A stretch of 40,772 nucleotides of DNA from a virus. Lineage: Duplodnaviria; Caudoviricetes. Shown here piece by piece: positions 33,024 to 40,772 of this stretch. Position 1 is the stretch's first letter; every line of letters begins with the position of its first letter. Both the position numbers and the translations under genes were made by a program. The stretch covers positions 1 to 40,772 of the IMG/VR virus record IMGVR_UViG_3300017788_000066; one strand, written 5' to 3'. The notes under the pieces are model-generated. The model was not told the DNA's origin and made no database searches. It saw only the letters and a list, made by a program, of their open reading frames with translations.

Positions 33024-34229
33024 ATGCCCGCTGTGAATGCCAAAAATCTTCAGCTCATGCTGGAAGACCGGACCAAAGGCCCGGCCTTTGTTGAGCAGCA
33101 CTTGTCCGAAGCGTTCGCATCGGGCCAGCTTGTTCCCGAAGACTTTTCTATTCGCGACATCTTCATCAGCACGGTCCCCGACGGCCGCGAGATGGTGGAG
33201 CACTTCAGCCCGAGCGCCAAGCGTGGCGGGTTCAGCTCTAGCCGCGAACTGCAGGAAGCGGCTGATGCCGTATCGAGTTCGCTGTTTGCTAACATCACCG
33301 GCCAACTGATCTACACCACGATCATGCGGCAAGCCCAGGCCGAGGATTACGTCCTGAGCCGGATGGTGCCGAACGTCCAAACGAATTTCAGCGGCGAGAA
33401 GATTCCTGGCGTGGCAAATCTGGCCGACGAGGCGCAGATCGTCAAAGAGGGCGAAGAATACACGCTGGCAGGTTTCAATGAAGATTGGATCGAAACCCCG
33501 CAGACCGTCAAGCGTGGCAATATCGTTCCGGTCACGAAAGAGGCCATCTTCTTCGACCGTACCAACCTGATCCTTTCGACCGCTGGCCAAGTCGGCTTGC
33601 GACTCGGTGCGAACAAGGAAAAGCGGCTTCTCGACGCAATGGTCGACGAGAACACGACCGCTCACCGATACAAGTGGCGTGGCACCATCTACGCGACCTA
33701 CCAAGCTTCGGCGCCGTGGATCAACCTTCAGACATCGAATGCACTGGTCGATTGGACCGACATTGACACCGTCGAGCAGCTTGCGGCTAACGTCACGGAC
33801 CCGAACACTGGCGAGCCCATGCCACTGATGCTGACTGACCTTGTGGTCACTCCGCAGCTTCGTGCGACCGCTTACCGGATTCTGTCGGCAACGAACATTG
33901 CGATGCAGGCCGGCGGCTTCGCTACATCAGGCAACCTTCTCCGCAGCGATTCGCCGAGCCCCCTTGGCAAGCACGAATACAGTGCGGCTTACAACGTTGT
34001 TTGCAGCCGCCTGCTTGCCCAGCGGATGGCAACCGACACGACTTGGTATCTCGGTCGCGTCTCCGAGGCCCTGGTGTACATGCAGAACTGGCCGATCACG
34101 GTCGAACAGGCCGGTGCAGATTCGGCTAAGGGCTTCGAGCGGGACATTGTGGCTCAGTACAAAGCCAGCGAAATGGGCGCGGCGTTTGTCAAAGAGCCGC
34201 GGTACTTGTTCAAGAGCACCGTGGCGTAA
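33024..34229 (+). CDS. Major capsid protein
   Basis: 401 aa; VKEGEEY...KRG.IV.VTKEAIFFDRT; position and GGGGAG RBS. Confidence 0.88.
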   Translation: MPAVNAKNLQLMLEDRTKGPAFVEQHLSEAFASGQLVPEDFSIRDIFISTVPDGREMVEHFSPSAKRGGFSSSRELQEAADAVSSSLFANITGQLIYTTIMRQAQAEDYVLSRMVPNVQTNFSGEKIPGVANLADEAQIVKEGEEYTLAGFNEDWIETPQTVKRGNIVPVTKEAIFFDRTNLILSTAGQVGLRLGANKEKRLLDAMVDENTTAHRYKWRGTIYATYQASAPWINLQTSNALVDWTDIDTVEQLAANVTDPNTGEPMPLMLTDLVVTPQLRATAYRILSATNIAMQAGGFATSGNLLRSDSPSPLGKHEYSAAYNVVCSRLLAQRMATDTTWYLGRVSEALVYMQNWPITVEQAGADSAKGFERDIVAQYKASEMGAAFVKEPRYLFKSTVA

Positions 34230-34263
34230 GCCAACGGAGAACGCGGCGGCTGAGAAAACAACG

Positions 34264-34301
34264 AGCCGGCTGCCGGGGCGACCTGTCAGCCGGCTTTTTT
34301 T
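34264..34301 (+). terminator. Rho-independent terminator after the capsid gene
   Basis: AGCCGGCTG/CAGCCGGCT followed by T tract. Confidence 0.8.
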
Positions 34302-34315
34302 ATCGAAAGGGCAGC

Positions 34316-34522
34316 ATGGGAAAGCATAAGCACGCGGACAACGCAACCGCAGCTACCGAACGTCCACAGAAGAAGTTCCGGGTTCACTTGGCTGCGAATA
34401 CGCCACTGGCTCACGAGTCAGCCGACATTCAGGCGACAGCCCCAGAGGAAGCGTGGGGCAAGTTCTGCGAGATGAATGGCATCAGCGGCAGTTCTTGCGA
34501 ACGCACAATCACCGAGGTCTAG
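34316..34522 (+). CDS. Hypothetical virion-associated protein
   Basis: ORF directly after the capsid terminator. Confidence 0.6.
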   Translation: MGKHKHADNATAATERPQKKFRVHLAANTPLAHESADIQATAPEEAWGKFCEMNGISGSSCERTITEV

Positions 34523-34525
34523 CGC

Positions 34526-34744
34526 ATGGCCACGGACGCAGAAAACATCGCCACGATCAAGAGCAACGCGCTGGCACGGCTGGCGGAAATCACCGCCGCA
34601 CCAAAGCCGAGCTACAGCGAGAACGGCCGCTCTTGGAGCTGGAACGAATACCACAAGATGCTTCGCGAGCAAGTGGACTGGGCTAATAGCCAGCTTGCCG
34701 CTCAAGAGCCTTTCGAGGTCATTACCTACGTCGACCCGTACTAG
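34526..34744 (+). CDS. Head-tail adaptor (gpW-like)
   Basis: Helix - PSYSENGRSWSW hairpin - helix, about 70 aa, lambda gpW-like layout. Confidence 0.55.
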   Translation: MATDAENIATIKSNALARLAEITAAPKPSYSENGRSWSWNEYHKMLREQVDWANSQLAAQEPFEVITYVDPY

Positions 34745-34750
34745 CGACCA

Positions 34751-35074
34751 ATGACCGCTCCCGACACCACGACTGACTACCTCTACGTCGACGGGACCGA
34801 AACGGTCACGCTCACGGACGGTAGCGATACGGTCACGGTCGAATATGCCAAGCGCTCGCGCATAGAGGCCACGAACCAGATTAGTGGCTTGCAGATCGGT
34901 GACATCCTCTGGGACTTGGCCAAGGCAGTTCTGGACGGCGCAATCACCGAGCCCATCGCACGGATGAAGATCATCGACGCGGACGACAACGAGTTCGTGA
35001 TTACGTCGGTTGGCGATTTGGTTATCTCGGGTATTTGGCAGTGCGTCACGCGGCCAGCAGTCAGCGAGGCGTAA
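34751..35074 (+). CDS. Head closure/stopper-like protein
   Basis: Beta-rich, about 107 aa, neck position. Confidence 0.5.
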   Translation: MTAPDTTTDYLYVDGTETVTLTDGSDTVTVEYAKRSRIEATNQISGLQIGDILWDLAKAVLDGAITEPIARMKIIDADDNEFVITSVGDLVISGIWQCVTRPAVSEA

Positions 35075-35077
35075 CGC

Positions 35078-35542
35078 ATGGCCATTGTCACCAAAGACCT
35101 GTACACGCTCGACGAGTTCGGCATCGAGCTTGAAGTGTCGGCGCGAATGGTGGACGAAATGCCGATCGCCCGAGACCTGGCGGACCAGATCACGGATTTG
35201 ATTTACGACGGCGTGCAGCGGAACTTCGACGAGAAGCAGGATTCGTCCGGCCAGCCGTGGGCACCTCATGCCCCGATGACGATCCGGATGTACGGCCCGC
35301 ACCCGCTCTTGATTCTCTCGGGCACGATGTGGGTCGCCTCCACGATGACGGGAGTTGAGGGGAACTACCTCGACGTACAGGACCGCAGCATCGTTACGGG
35401 CGTGACGCTGCCCTATGCCGAGAAGCAGCAGTTTGGCGATGCGATCACGCCTGCCCGCGAATTTTACTACATCCGCGATTCGTACATCTTCGAGATCGAG
35501 AATCTGGCGGTCGTTTATCTCGTTCAGCAGGTGATTGGATGA
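35078..35542 (+). CDS. Virion morphogenesis protein (Mu gpG / P2 gpS-like)
   Basis: NFDEKQDSSGQPWAP....TI.......LILSGTM...PYAEKQQFG...PAREF. Confidence 0.8.
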   Translation: MAIVTKDLYTLDEFGIELEVSARMVDEMPIARDLADQITDLIYDGVQRNFDEKQDSSGQPWAPHAPMTIRMYGPHPLLILSGTMWVASTMTGVEGNYLDVQDRSIVTGVTLPYAEKQQFGDAITPAREFYYIRDSYIFEIENLAVVYLVQQVIG

Positions 35543-36564
35543 GCACGCTAACACTTCAGCCAGCCGAAGCCAGCGCGGTCGATTGCTACATCGGAAATGG
35601 AGCAGCCGCAAACTCGGCATTCAACGACGGCAATCTATTGATCGGTACGTTGCGTGTACTGGGCAATGATACCTACTACCGTTCTTTGCTGCGTTTCGAT
35701 CTGTCCACACTGGCGGACGGCGCGATTCCTAGCGCTTGCGAACTGACGATCACGCATAGCGGAGGCTCTCCGGTCAACCCGAGCACGCAGACCGCCTACC
35801 GCTTGACACGCACGGACTGGACCGAAGCGGCCACCTGGAACACCTACGACGGATCGAATGCGTGGTCAACGGCGGGCGGCGACTACACCGCCACGGGCAG
35901 CGACGCTTACACGTACACCGGCGGAACGGCGCTGACGTTCGATCTGCTGGCCATGCTTCTGGACGCCAAGAACGCCGGGCTTTCCAGTCTCAACGTCATT
36001 TTGATTGGTCCCGAAGTACCAGGATCATCAAACTACATCGTGGGCGAGTCGAGCGCGGACGCGACGGCCTCGAATCGTCCGAAGGTTGTCGTTACTTACG
36101 ACCTGTCGGTGCATCAGCAGTGCGCCAATTCCGTCAATACGGTCATCGAAGGGATGGACCTGCCGGGATTGCCATCGACCAGCATCCTGGTCCGTAAGTT
36201 TCCGTACCACGACGTAAAGACCGACCCGCTGCCGTGTGTGATTCTCTCGACGCATCTGCCGGTGCCACGACGCGCGGCCACGAATCTCAGCGACGACATC
36301 ACCTACCCGGTGACGGTGAATTTCTTCTCAGGCAGCAACGCCAACAACACGCTGCATCAAGGGCGGATGCTGTCGTGGCGTGAGCGGTTGGCGGCGAAGT
36401 TTCACCAGAAGCGACTGAGCAATCTGGACGCCGGCGCGCCGTCAACCGTCTGGCAATGCGAAGTGCCCGCCAGTGCTCCGTTCGACCCCGCCTGGTTCAT
36501 GGGCGGCAACCGGGACGTATCGCCTTTAACGCTCAACTTTATCAGCCGTGAATTGAGGGACTAG
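35539..36564 (+). CDS. DNRLRE (CBM96-like) domain fused to a tail terminator-like domain
   Basis: DCYI...YRSLLRFDLS...DWTEAATWN..DGSNAWSTAGGDY...NRPKVVVTY, then a C-terminal domain (LPCVIL, DDITYPVTV) in the terminator position before the tube gene. Confidence 0.65.
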   Translation: MSTLTLQPAEASAVDCYIGNGAAANSAFNDGNLLIGTLRVLGNDTYYRSLLRFDLSTLADGAIPSACELTITHSGGSPVNPSTQTAYRLTRTDWTEAATWNTYDGSNAWSTAGGDYTATGSDAYTYTGGTALTFDLLAMLLDAKNAGLSSLNVILIGPEVPGSSNYIVGESSADATASNRPKVVVTYDLSVHQQCANSVNTVIEGMDLPGLPSTSILVRKFPYHDVKTDPLPCVILSTHLPVPRRAATNLSDDITYPVTVNFFSGSNANNTLHQGRMLSWRERLAAKFHQKRLSNLDAGAPSTVWQCEVPASAPFDPAWFMGGNRDVSPLTLNFISRELRD

Positions 36565-36567
36565 ATC

Positions 36568-37479
36568 ATGGGTACTCCGAACGCCACAGTCAGCAATCGG
36601 TTCGCGGTCGACCCGGACGGCGTGGCCGTTTCGGACTTCGACGCCAACTCGAAGCAATACGAGTTCCTCAGTGAGTCGATGATGATGCGGCAAACGCACG
36701 TCGATTCGCTGGGCATCCGTGGAACGCGCAGCCGCCCCAAAGAGCACGTGCGTGAAGGGCTGCAAGAGGTCGGCGGCTCGGTGAGCTTCTGCCTGAATCC
36801 GGTGGAACTGGACTTCTGGCTGCCGCGCATCTTGGGCGCTAACGAGAATGCCGACAGCTTCGCACTCGCGGAAACCATCCCCGAGTTTGGCGTCTTGTTC
36901 GACCGAGGTGCCGAGCGGTTCGTGTATAGCGGATGCAAAGTCGCGAGGGCGGTGTTCGCTGGCTCACCCGGTCAGCTCATCACCTGCACGCTGGACCTGA
37001 TTGGCAAGGCGACCAGCGGCGGCGTCTCGACGTCGTGGCCGGGAGCGATCCCGGCGATTGACACTGGACAACCATACGTGTTCAGCGACTTGACATTCGC
37101 TCTTTCAGCGGACGCTTCGGCTGACGAGATGCTGGGCTTCCGGTTGACCATCGACAACTTTGTGCAGCGACGATTCGCCAACAACGTCAATGCGGTCGAG
37201 GTCTACGCGAGCGACCGGCTGATTACGTTTGACGTGGACACGCCATTTACGGCGGACGAAATCGACCTCTACGGACAATCGGTCAGCGGTGCAGGCGGCA
37301 CGATGACCTGGACGAACGGCGGGCAGTCAACCTTGTTCACGTTCGCGAATCTGAAGGTTCCGAATGAAGACCCGATCACCGGATCACGCGGCGGCGAAAT
37401 GACCGGCACGCTGCGAATGGTGGCTTACATGAGCGGCACCAACCGCGAGTTGGTCGTGACGCACGATTCTACGGCATAG
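36568..37479 (+). CDS. Tail tube protein
   Basis: 303 aa; EFLSES, GIRGTRS, VGGSV, YSGCKV; precedes the chaperone and tape measure genes. Confidence 0.8.
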   Translation: MGTPNATVSNRFAVDPDGVAVSDFDANSKQYEFLSESMMMRQTHVDSLGIRGTRSRPKEHVREGLQEVGGSVSFCLNPVELDFWLPRILGANENADSFALAETIPEFGVLFDRGAERFVYSGCKVARAVFAGSPGQLITCTLDLIGKATSGGVSTSWPGAIPAIDTGQPYVFSDLTFALSADASADEMLGFRLTIDNFVQRRFANNVNAVEVYASDRLITFDVDTPFTADEIDLYGQSVSGAGGTMTWTNGGQSTLFTFANLKVPNEDPITGSRGGEMTGTLRMVAYMSGTNRELVVTHDSTA

Positions 37480-37490
37480 GAGCAATTCTC

Positions 37491-37931
37491 TTGAGTGACG
37501 TACTTAGCATCATCCCGGACGACGGCTACACGGAAAGCGCGTACATCGCGGCCTACCCCAGCATTCACGGAGCCCATCGGATTAAGTACCGACCGATGAC
37601 GCACAGCGACCGCTACGTGATGGGGAATGCCCTAGGCACGAAGTCCCCTGGCCAAGCGTCGGAATTGATTGCGACCAAGCTGACCAAGCACCTGAAGGAT
37701 TGGGACGTGCGCGCGGCTGATGGGGCGAAACTGCCGATCACGCCAGCGAACGCGGCACGGCTCAAGCCGAACCTCTTGGAACGGTTCTACGCGATTGTCT
37801 CTGGCCGAGACGGCGGCGACCCGGACCCGACCGACAAGCCGGATAGCGATGCGATGGACGCGGAACTGCAAGCCATCCTCGAAGGACGGCCAGCGTGCGA
37901 AGTGCAAGAGGAAGCCAACGTAAAAAACTAA
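37491..37931 (+). CDS. Tail assembly chaperone (gpG-like)
   Basis: Between tube and tape measure; ends in slippery GTA AAA AAC TAA. Confidence 0.75.
   Translation: MSDVLSIIPDDGYTESAYIAAYPSIHGAHRIKYRPMTHSDRYVMGNALGTKSPGQASELIATKLTKHLKDWDVRAADGAKLPITPANAARLKPNLLERFYAIVSGRDGGDPDPTDKPDSDAMDAELQAILEGRPACEVQEEANVKN
37922..37928 (+). other. -1 programmed ribosomal frameshift site A AAA AAC
   Basis: X XXY YYZ heptamer just before the gpG stop; the -1 frame is open to 38344. Confidence 0.8.
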
Positions 37932-38344
37932 TCAAGGGCCTCGCGTGTCTCTTGAGGCATCCCGAGGTCGCGAATCGGTCCTGTGAAACCTGCAAGCTGT
38001 GGCAGTTCAACGAACGCGACGGATTGACAGGGAAGAAAGGCGAGATTGCAGAGCGGAACGGCGTCAAGCTCAAGCGGATTGGCCCACCACCCTGCAAGAC
38101 CTGCCCGAAGGAAAGCCCCGAGAAGGCCAAGCAGCACGAACTGAGTGACCGGAACTATCGCACGCTGGAGCTGTACTACGCTTCGCGTGCGATGGGCTGT
38201 GTGAACCTGACCGACGACATGAAGCGAGACGCCATATTGCAGCGGAACTTCTCCATCATCGACCGGATCGTGCGGGCTTATGAGTCCGAACGGTCGCTGT
38301 TTGCCATCTTGCCGGCTGCCCCTTCAGCCAAGAAGGGAGGCTAA
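37922..38344 (+). CDS. Tail assembly chaperone frameshift extension (gpGT-like T segment)
   Basis: -1 frame ORF with no good independent start; CETC and CKTC pairs. Confidence 0.7.
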   Translation, partial: KKLIKGLACLLRHPEVANRSCETCKLWQFNERDGLTGKKGEIAERNGVKLKRIGPPPCKTCPKESPEKAKQHELSDRNYRTLELYYASRAMGCVNLTDDMKRDAILQRNFSIIDRIVRAYESERSLFAILPAAPSAKKGG

Positions 38345-38347
38345 GAG

Positions 38348-40231
38348 ATGCTACGTCAAGCAGGCGGTGGATCATCCGGTGGCGGCCGGCCTCCGGTGAA
38401 CATCGAAGTCAACTTCGTGCCGGGGAGTGGGCCGAATGCACTGAAGCAAGCAAGAGAGGACGCCAAGGCACTCAAGGCGGACTTAGACGCGATTGGTTCG
38501 CATCGTGCGTGGGGCGGCGGCCCTGGAGGTAGTAGCCCAGGCATTCCAGGCGGTGGCGGTAACCGTACGCCGACAGCCCCAGGAAGTATGCCGACTCAGG
38601 TGCCTTCTGCCGCACGCCCTAGTCGATTTCTTGATAACCGTTCGGAAGATCAGAGAGCCAGGGACCACGCAGACTACCTTGAATGGCACGCAGCATCTCA
38701 GGCACGATACGAAGCGAATAGGCAAAGGCGGCTTTTGGAGGACACACAACGTCAAGCGATTCAAATGAATCGCGACATGGCCGCCTTCAAGGGAGACTGG
38801 GCGGACGGTATCCGCAATTCGGCCGCCTCAGCGAAACAGGCGGTCGTCGAACTCAACAACGCTCTAGGCAAAACGCAGGGGATTGTTTTAGGCGGTGGCC
38901 ATCAGCATCCTGGTGCGCCGACTGGAATGGGGCCGACTAGAGTCGGTCATCGTGGCGGCGGCGGAATAGCGCCGCACCTAATTGCGAACATGATAGGCCG
39001 CGGAATTGGAGTTGATGGCACCTTGCTTTATAGCGGGGCACGGCTCGGATTGGCTGCTGGTGGCACATCGCTCGCTTCGGCTGGCAACGCTGCTCTTGGG
39101 ATTGCGACAAACCCGATCACGCTGGCTGTTGGCGGCCTTGCGGCAATAGCCGCCTCACGAACCACGCAAGGCCAGGAGGTGATCGGCGGATGGGGCAACT
39201 CCATCGGGAGCACGATTGAGAGTTACACCCGGCCAGATGGGTTTGTTGACCAGTTCACGCACAACTTCAGCGGCGGACTACTCGGCTCGCGTGGCTTGAT
39301 TCCGAGCACTGGGCTCGGTAGCTGGGCAATAGCTCCCTGGCGAGACAGCGCCCGTACCGCCCGCAACCTCACGGCAGCCGAAGAACGTCGACGCTGGATG
39401 CGCCATCAGTTCCGGGCCGACGACCTGCAAGCATCGGCTGAATTTCAAAGCCAGCTGCAAATGGCCAACTTGCCGACACCCGTTGACGGCACGATCTACG
39501 GAGCCCAGCAAGCGAACCGCCGCCAGATTGACGTCTACACAAACGCACTGGGAATGACAGCGACGGATGACCCGCAAAGCGCTCATCAGTTCCAAGGTCA
39601 AGAGCGAGTCAACATGCTCGGCGGACTGATCGAGGCCCGCCAGACGGAAGTGCAGTTAGCCAAGCAAGCCCACGAGGAAACCATCGGCTATTGGCGCACG
39701 ACGCTGCAAGGACTGAACAAAGAACTGGACATGAAAACGCAAGCCGTGGCGCTTGCGGAAAAGGAAGTCAACGCACGCACGGCCGGTTATGCAGGACAAT
39801 CCCCCGGCGAACTTCGCGCTTTGGAGCGTGCCTATGAGGATGCGACCGATGGCGACGGCAAGTTCTCACCGCATAGTGCACGACTGCTGAACCGCGATGG
39901 TGGCTTCGGCGACCTGGAAGAACTCCAGAAGTTCAATCGCGCCAACCTGGAAAAGTACGCGCCGAAGATTGCCGAGCGATTGCAGAAGCCGCTGCAAGAT
40001 TCCAAGGAAGCGCAAGAGGCAACGCAAAAGGCGGTCGAAGACTTCTCAGAGCAGATGTCAGGCGTGCAAGAACGCAGCGCTAAGGCTGTGAAGAAAATCG
40101 CAGATGAGGGAAGTAAGGCGCTCACTGCACTGCTTGATCAGTGGCTTGAAACGTTCCTCGCCATGATCGACGAAAAGCGTGCTGAGTACGACTCCAAGGG
40201 CAACGAACCATCCTCAGTGCCGGGTGTCTAA
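38348..40231 (+). CDS. Tail tape measure protein
   Basis: Follows G/GT; Ala/Gly/Gln-rich helical protein with hydrophobic segment NPITLAVGGLAAIAA; AAGGGAGG RBS. Confidence 0.75.
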   Translation: MLRQAGGGSSGGGRPPVNIEVNFVPGSGPNALKQAREDAKALKADLDAIGSHRAWGGGPGGSSPGIPGGGGNRTPTAPGSMPTQVPSAARPSRFLDNRSEDQRARDHADYLEWHAASQARYEANRQRRLLEDTQRQAIQMNRDMAAFKGDWADGIRNSAASAKQAVVELNNALGKTQGIVLGGGHQHPGAPTGMGPTRVGHRGGGGIAPHLIANMIGRGIGVDGTLLYSGARLGLAAGGTSLASAGNAALGIATNPITLAVGGLAAIAASRTTQGQEVIGGWGNSIGSTIESYTRPDGFVDQFTHNFSGGLLGSRGLIPSTGLGSWAIAPWRDSARTARNLTAAEERRRWMRHQFRADDLQASAEFQSQLQMANLPTPVDGTIYGAQQANRRQIDVYTNALGMTATDDPQSAHQFQGQERVNMLGGLIEARQTEVQLAKQAHEETIGYWRTTLQGLNKELDMKTQAVALAEKEVNARTAGYAGQSPGELRALERAYEDATDGDGKFSPHSARLLNRDGGFGDLEELQKFNRANLEKYAPKIAERLQKPLQDSKEAQEATQKAVEDFSEQMSGVQERSAKAVKKIADEGSKALTALLDQWLETFLAMIDEKRAEYDSKGNEPSSVPGV

Positions 40232-40772
40232 ATGTACGTCAAACGAGGCGACTACACGCACGCGATGCACGAAGCCCGCTTTCGCTGGCGAGTCACGCCG
40301 AAATATGCAGACAACAACCTGCTGATCGGCACGACCTACGTGGCCAGCATTGGCGGGATGTTGACCGGAACGGACGCCGCCGACCTGTCTAGCAAGTTCA
40401 ACGCCTTGCAAGCGGCTTATGCCAAGACGACTGGAAACTTCGTGCTGCTGGACAACAGCGGCAACGAGACGACCTTCAAGATTGACGGCTCCAAGACCAT
40501 CGGTGGTATCCGCTGCACACGCTGTGAGTGCCCGCTGGAATCTCCGGGCGACATGACGACATACCTCTTTTACGAGATCGACATCCAAGCTGACTCTGGT
40601 GGCATTAACCTCATCGGCGGTGCTGGCGGGACTGGGGACACGCCGCAAAACGCGATTGTAACCTGGACCGAATCGATCACCGTTCGCGGTACGGGCGGCC
40701 CGCGATTTGTCATGCGTGAGAACCGCAACGGCAAGCCCCAAAAGCAGATCGTCTCGCAGTTCACGCCGGTCA
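40232..40772 (+). CDS. Distal tail/hub protein, truncated at window end
   Basis: ATG immediately after the tape measure stop; frame open to the end (MYVKRGDYTHAMHE...). Confidence 0.6.
   Translation, partial: MYVKRGDYTHAMHEARFRWRVTPKYADNNLLIGTTYVASIGGMLTGTDAADLSSKFNALQAAYAKTTGNFVLLDNSGNETTFKIDGSKTIGGIRCTRCECPLESPGDMTTYLFYEIDIQADSGGINLIGGAGGTGDTPQNAIVTWTESITVRGTGGPRFVMRENRNGKPQKQIVSQFTPV

Larger units (their letters stand above)
1..40772 (+). mobile_element. Tailed phage / prophage genome segment (siphovirus-like, probable Planctomycetota host)
   Basis: Co-oriented early/replication genes followed by terminase, portal, capsid, tail tube, chaperones and tape measure in canonical order; no host housekeeping genes. 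Confidence 0.95.

Noticed and set aside
31569-35620. Long minus-strand ORFs (31569..32180, 32808..33704, 34418..35620)
   Set aside because: Antisense shadows of strongly codon-biased structural genes in GC-rich DNA; no recognisable motifs

Overview
This window is about 41 kb of a tailed dsDNA phage or prophage with siphovirus-type morphogenesis genes. The host is most likely a Planctomycetota bacterium, judged from a Pirellulales-like SSB, a phage-borne CsrA and many Cys-rich secreted peptides. Almost all genes are on the + strand. Early and middle genes (1-16000) include a ParB-like protein, CsrA, a DUF6948/Gly-rich pair, an XRE regulator followed by a twin-operator promoter, a Cas4-like exonuclease, a candidate annealing protein, SSB, HNH, an IbrA/YbdN - EctC-like cupin - IbrB/YbdM five-gene module, a replication initiator with iteron-like repeats and a DUF1064 nuclease. 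A promoter and terminator at about 16000 precede a membrane/secreted-protein block (permuted NlpC/P60, trypsin-collagen, thermonuclease, holin-like), then a head fibre and spike base, terminase, portal, a MuF-ART fusion, an inserted nucleotide-enzyme cassette, protease/scaffold, decoration protein, major capsid, neck genes, tail tube, G/GT chaperones with a -1 frameshift, tape measure and a truncated distal tail gene. The most unusual items are an orphan ectoine-synthase homologue inside an IbrAB (PP-loop plus ParB/Srx) putative DNA-modification operon, a putative phage CsrA regulon (CANGGATG sites overlapping start codons and GGA hairpin loops), a head fibre with a C-terminal LGLGL anchor, and a DNRLRE/tail-terminator fusion. 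All family calls come from motif recognition by eye; no searches were run. No integrase, tRNA or CRISPR array was seen.
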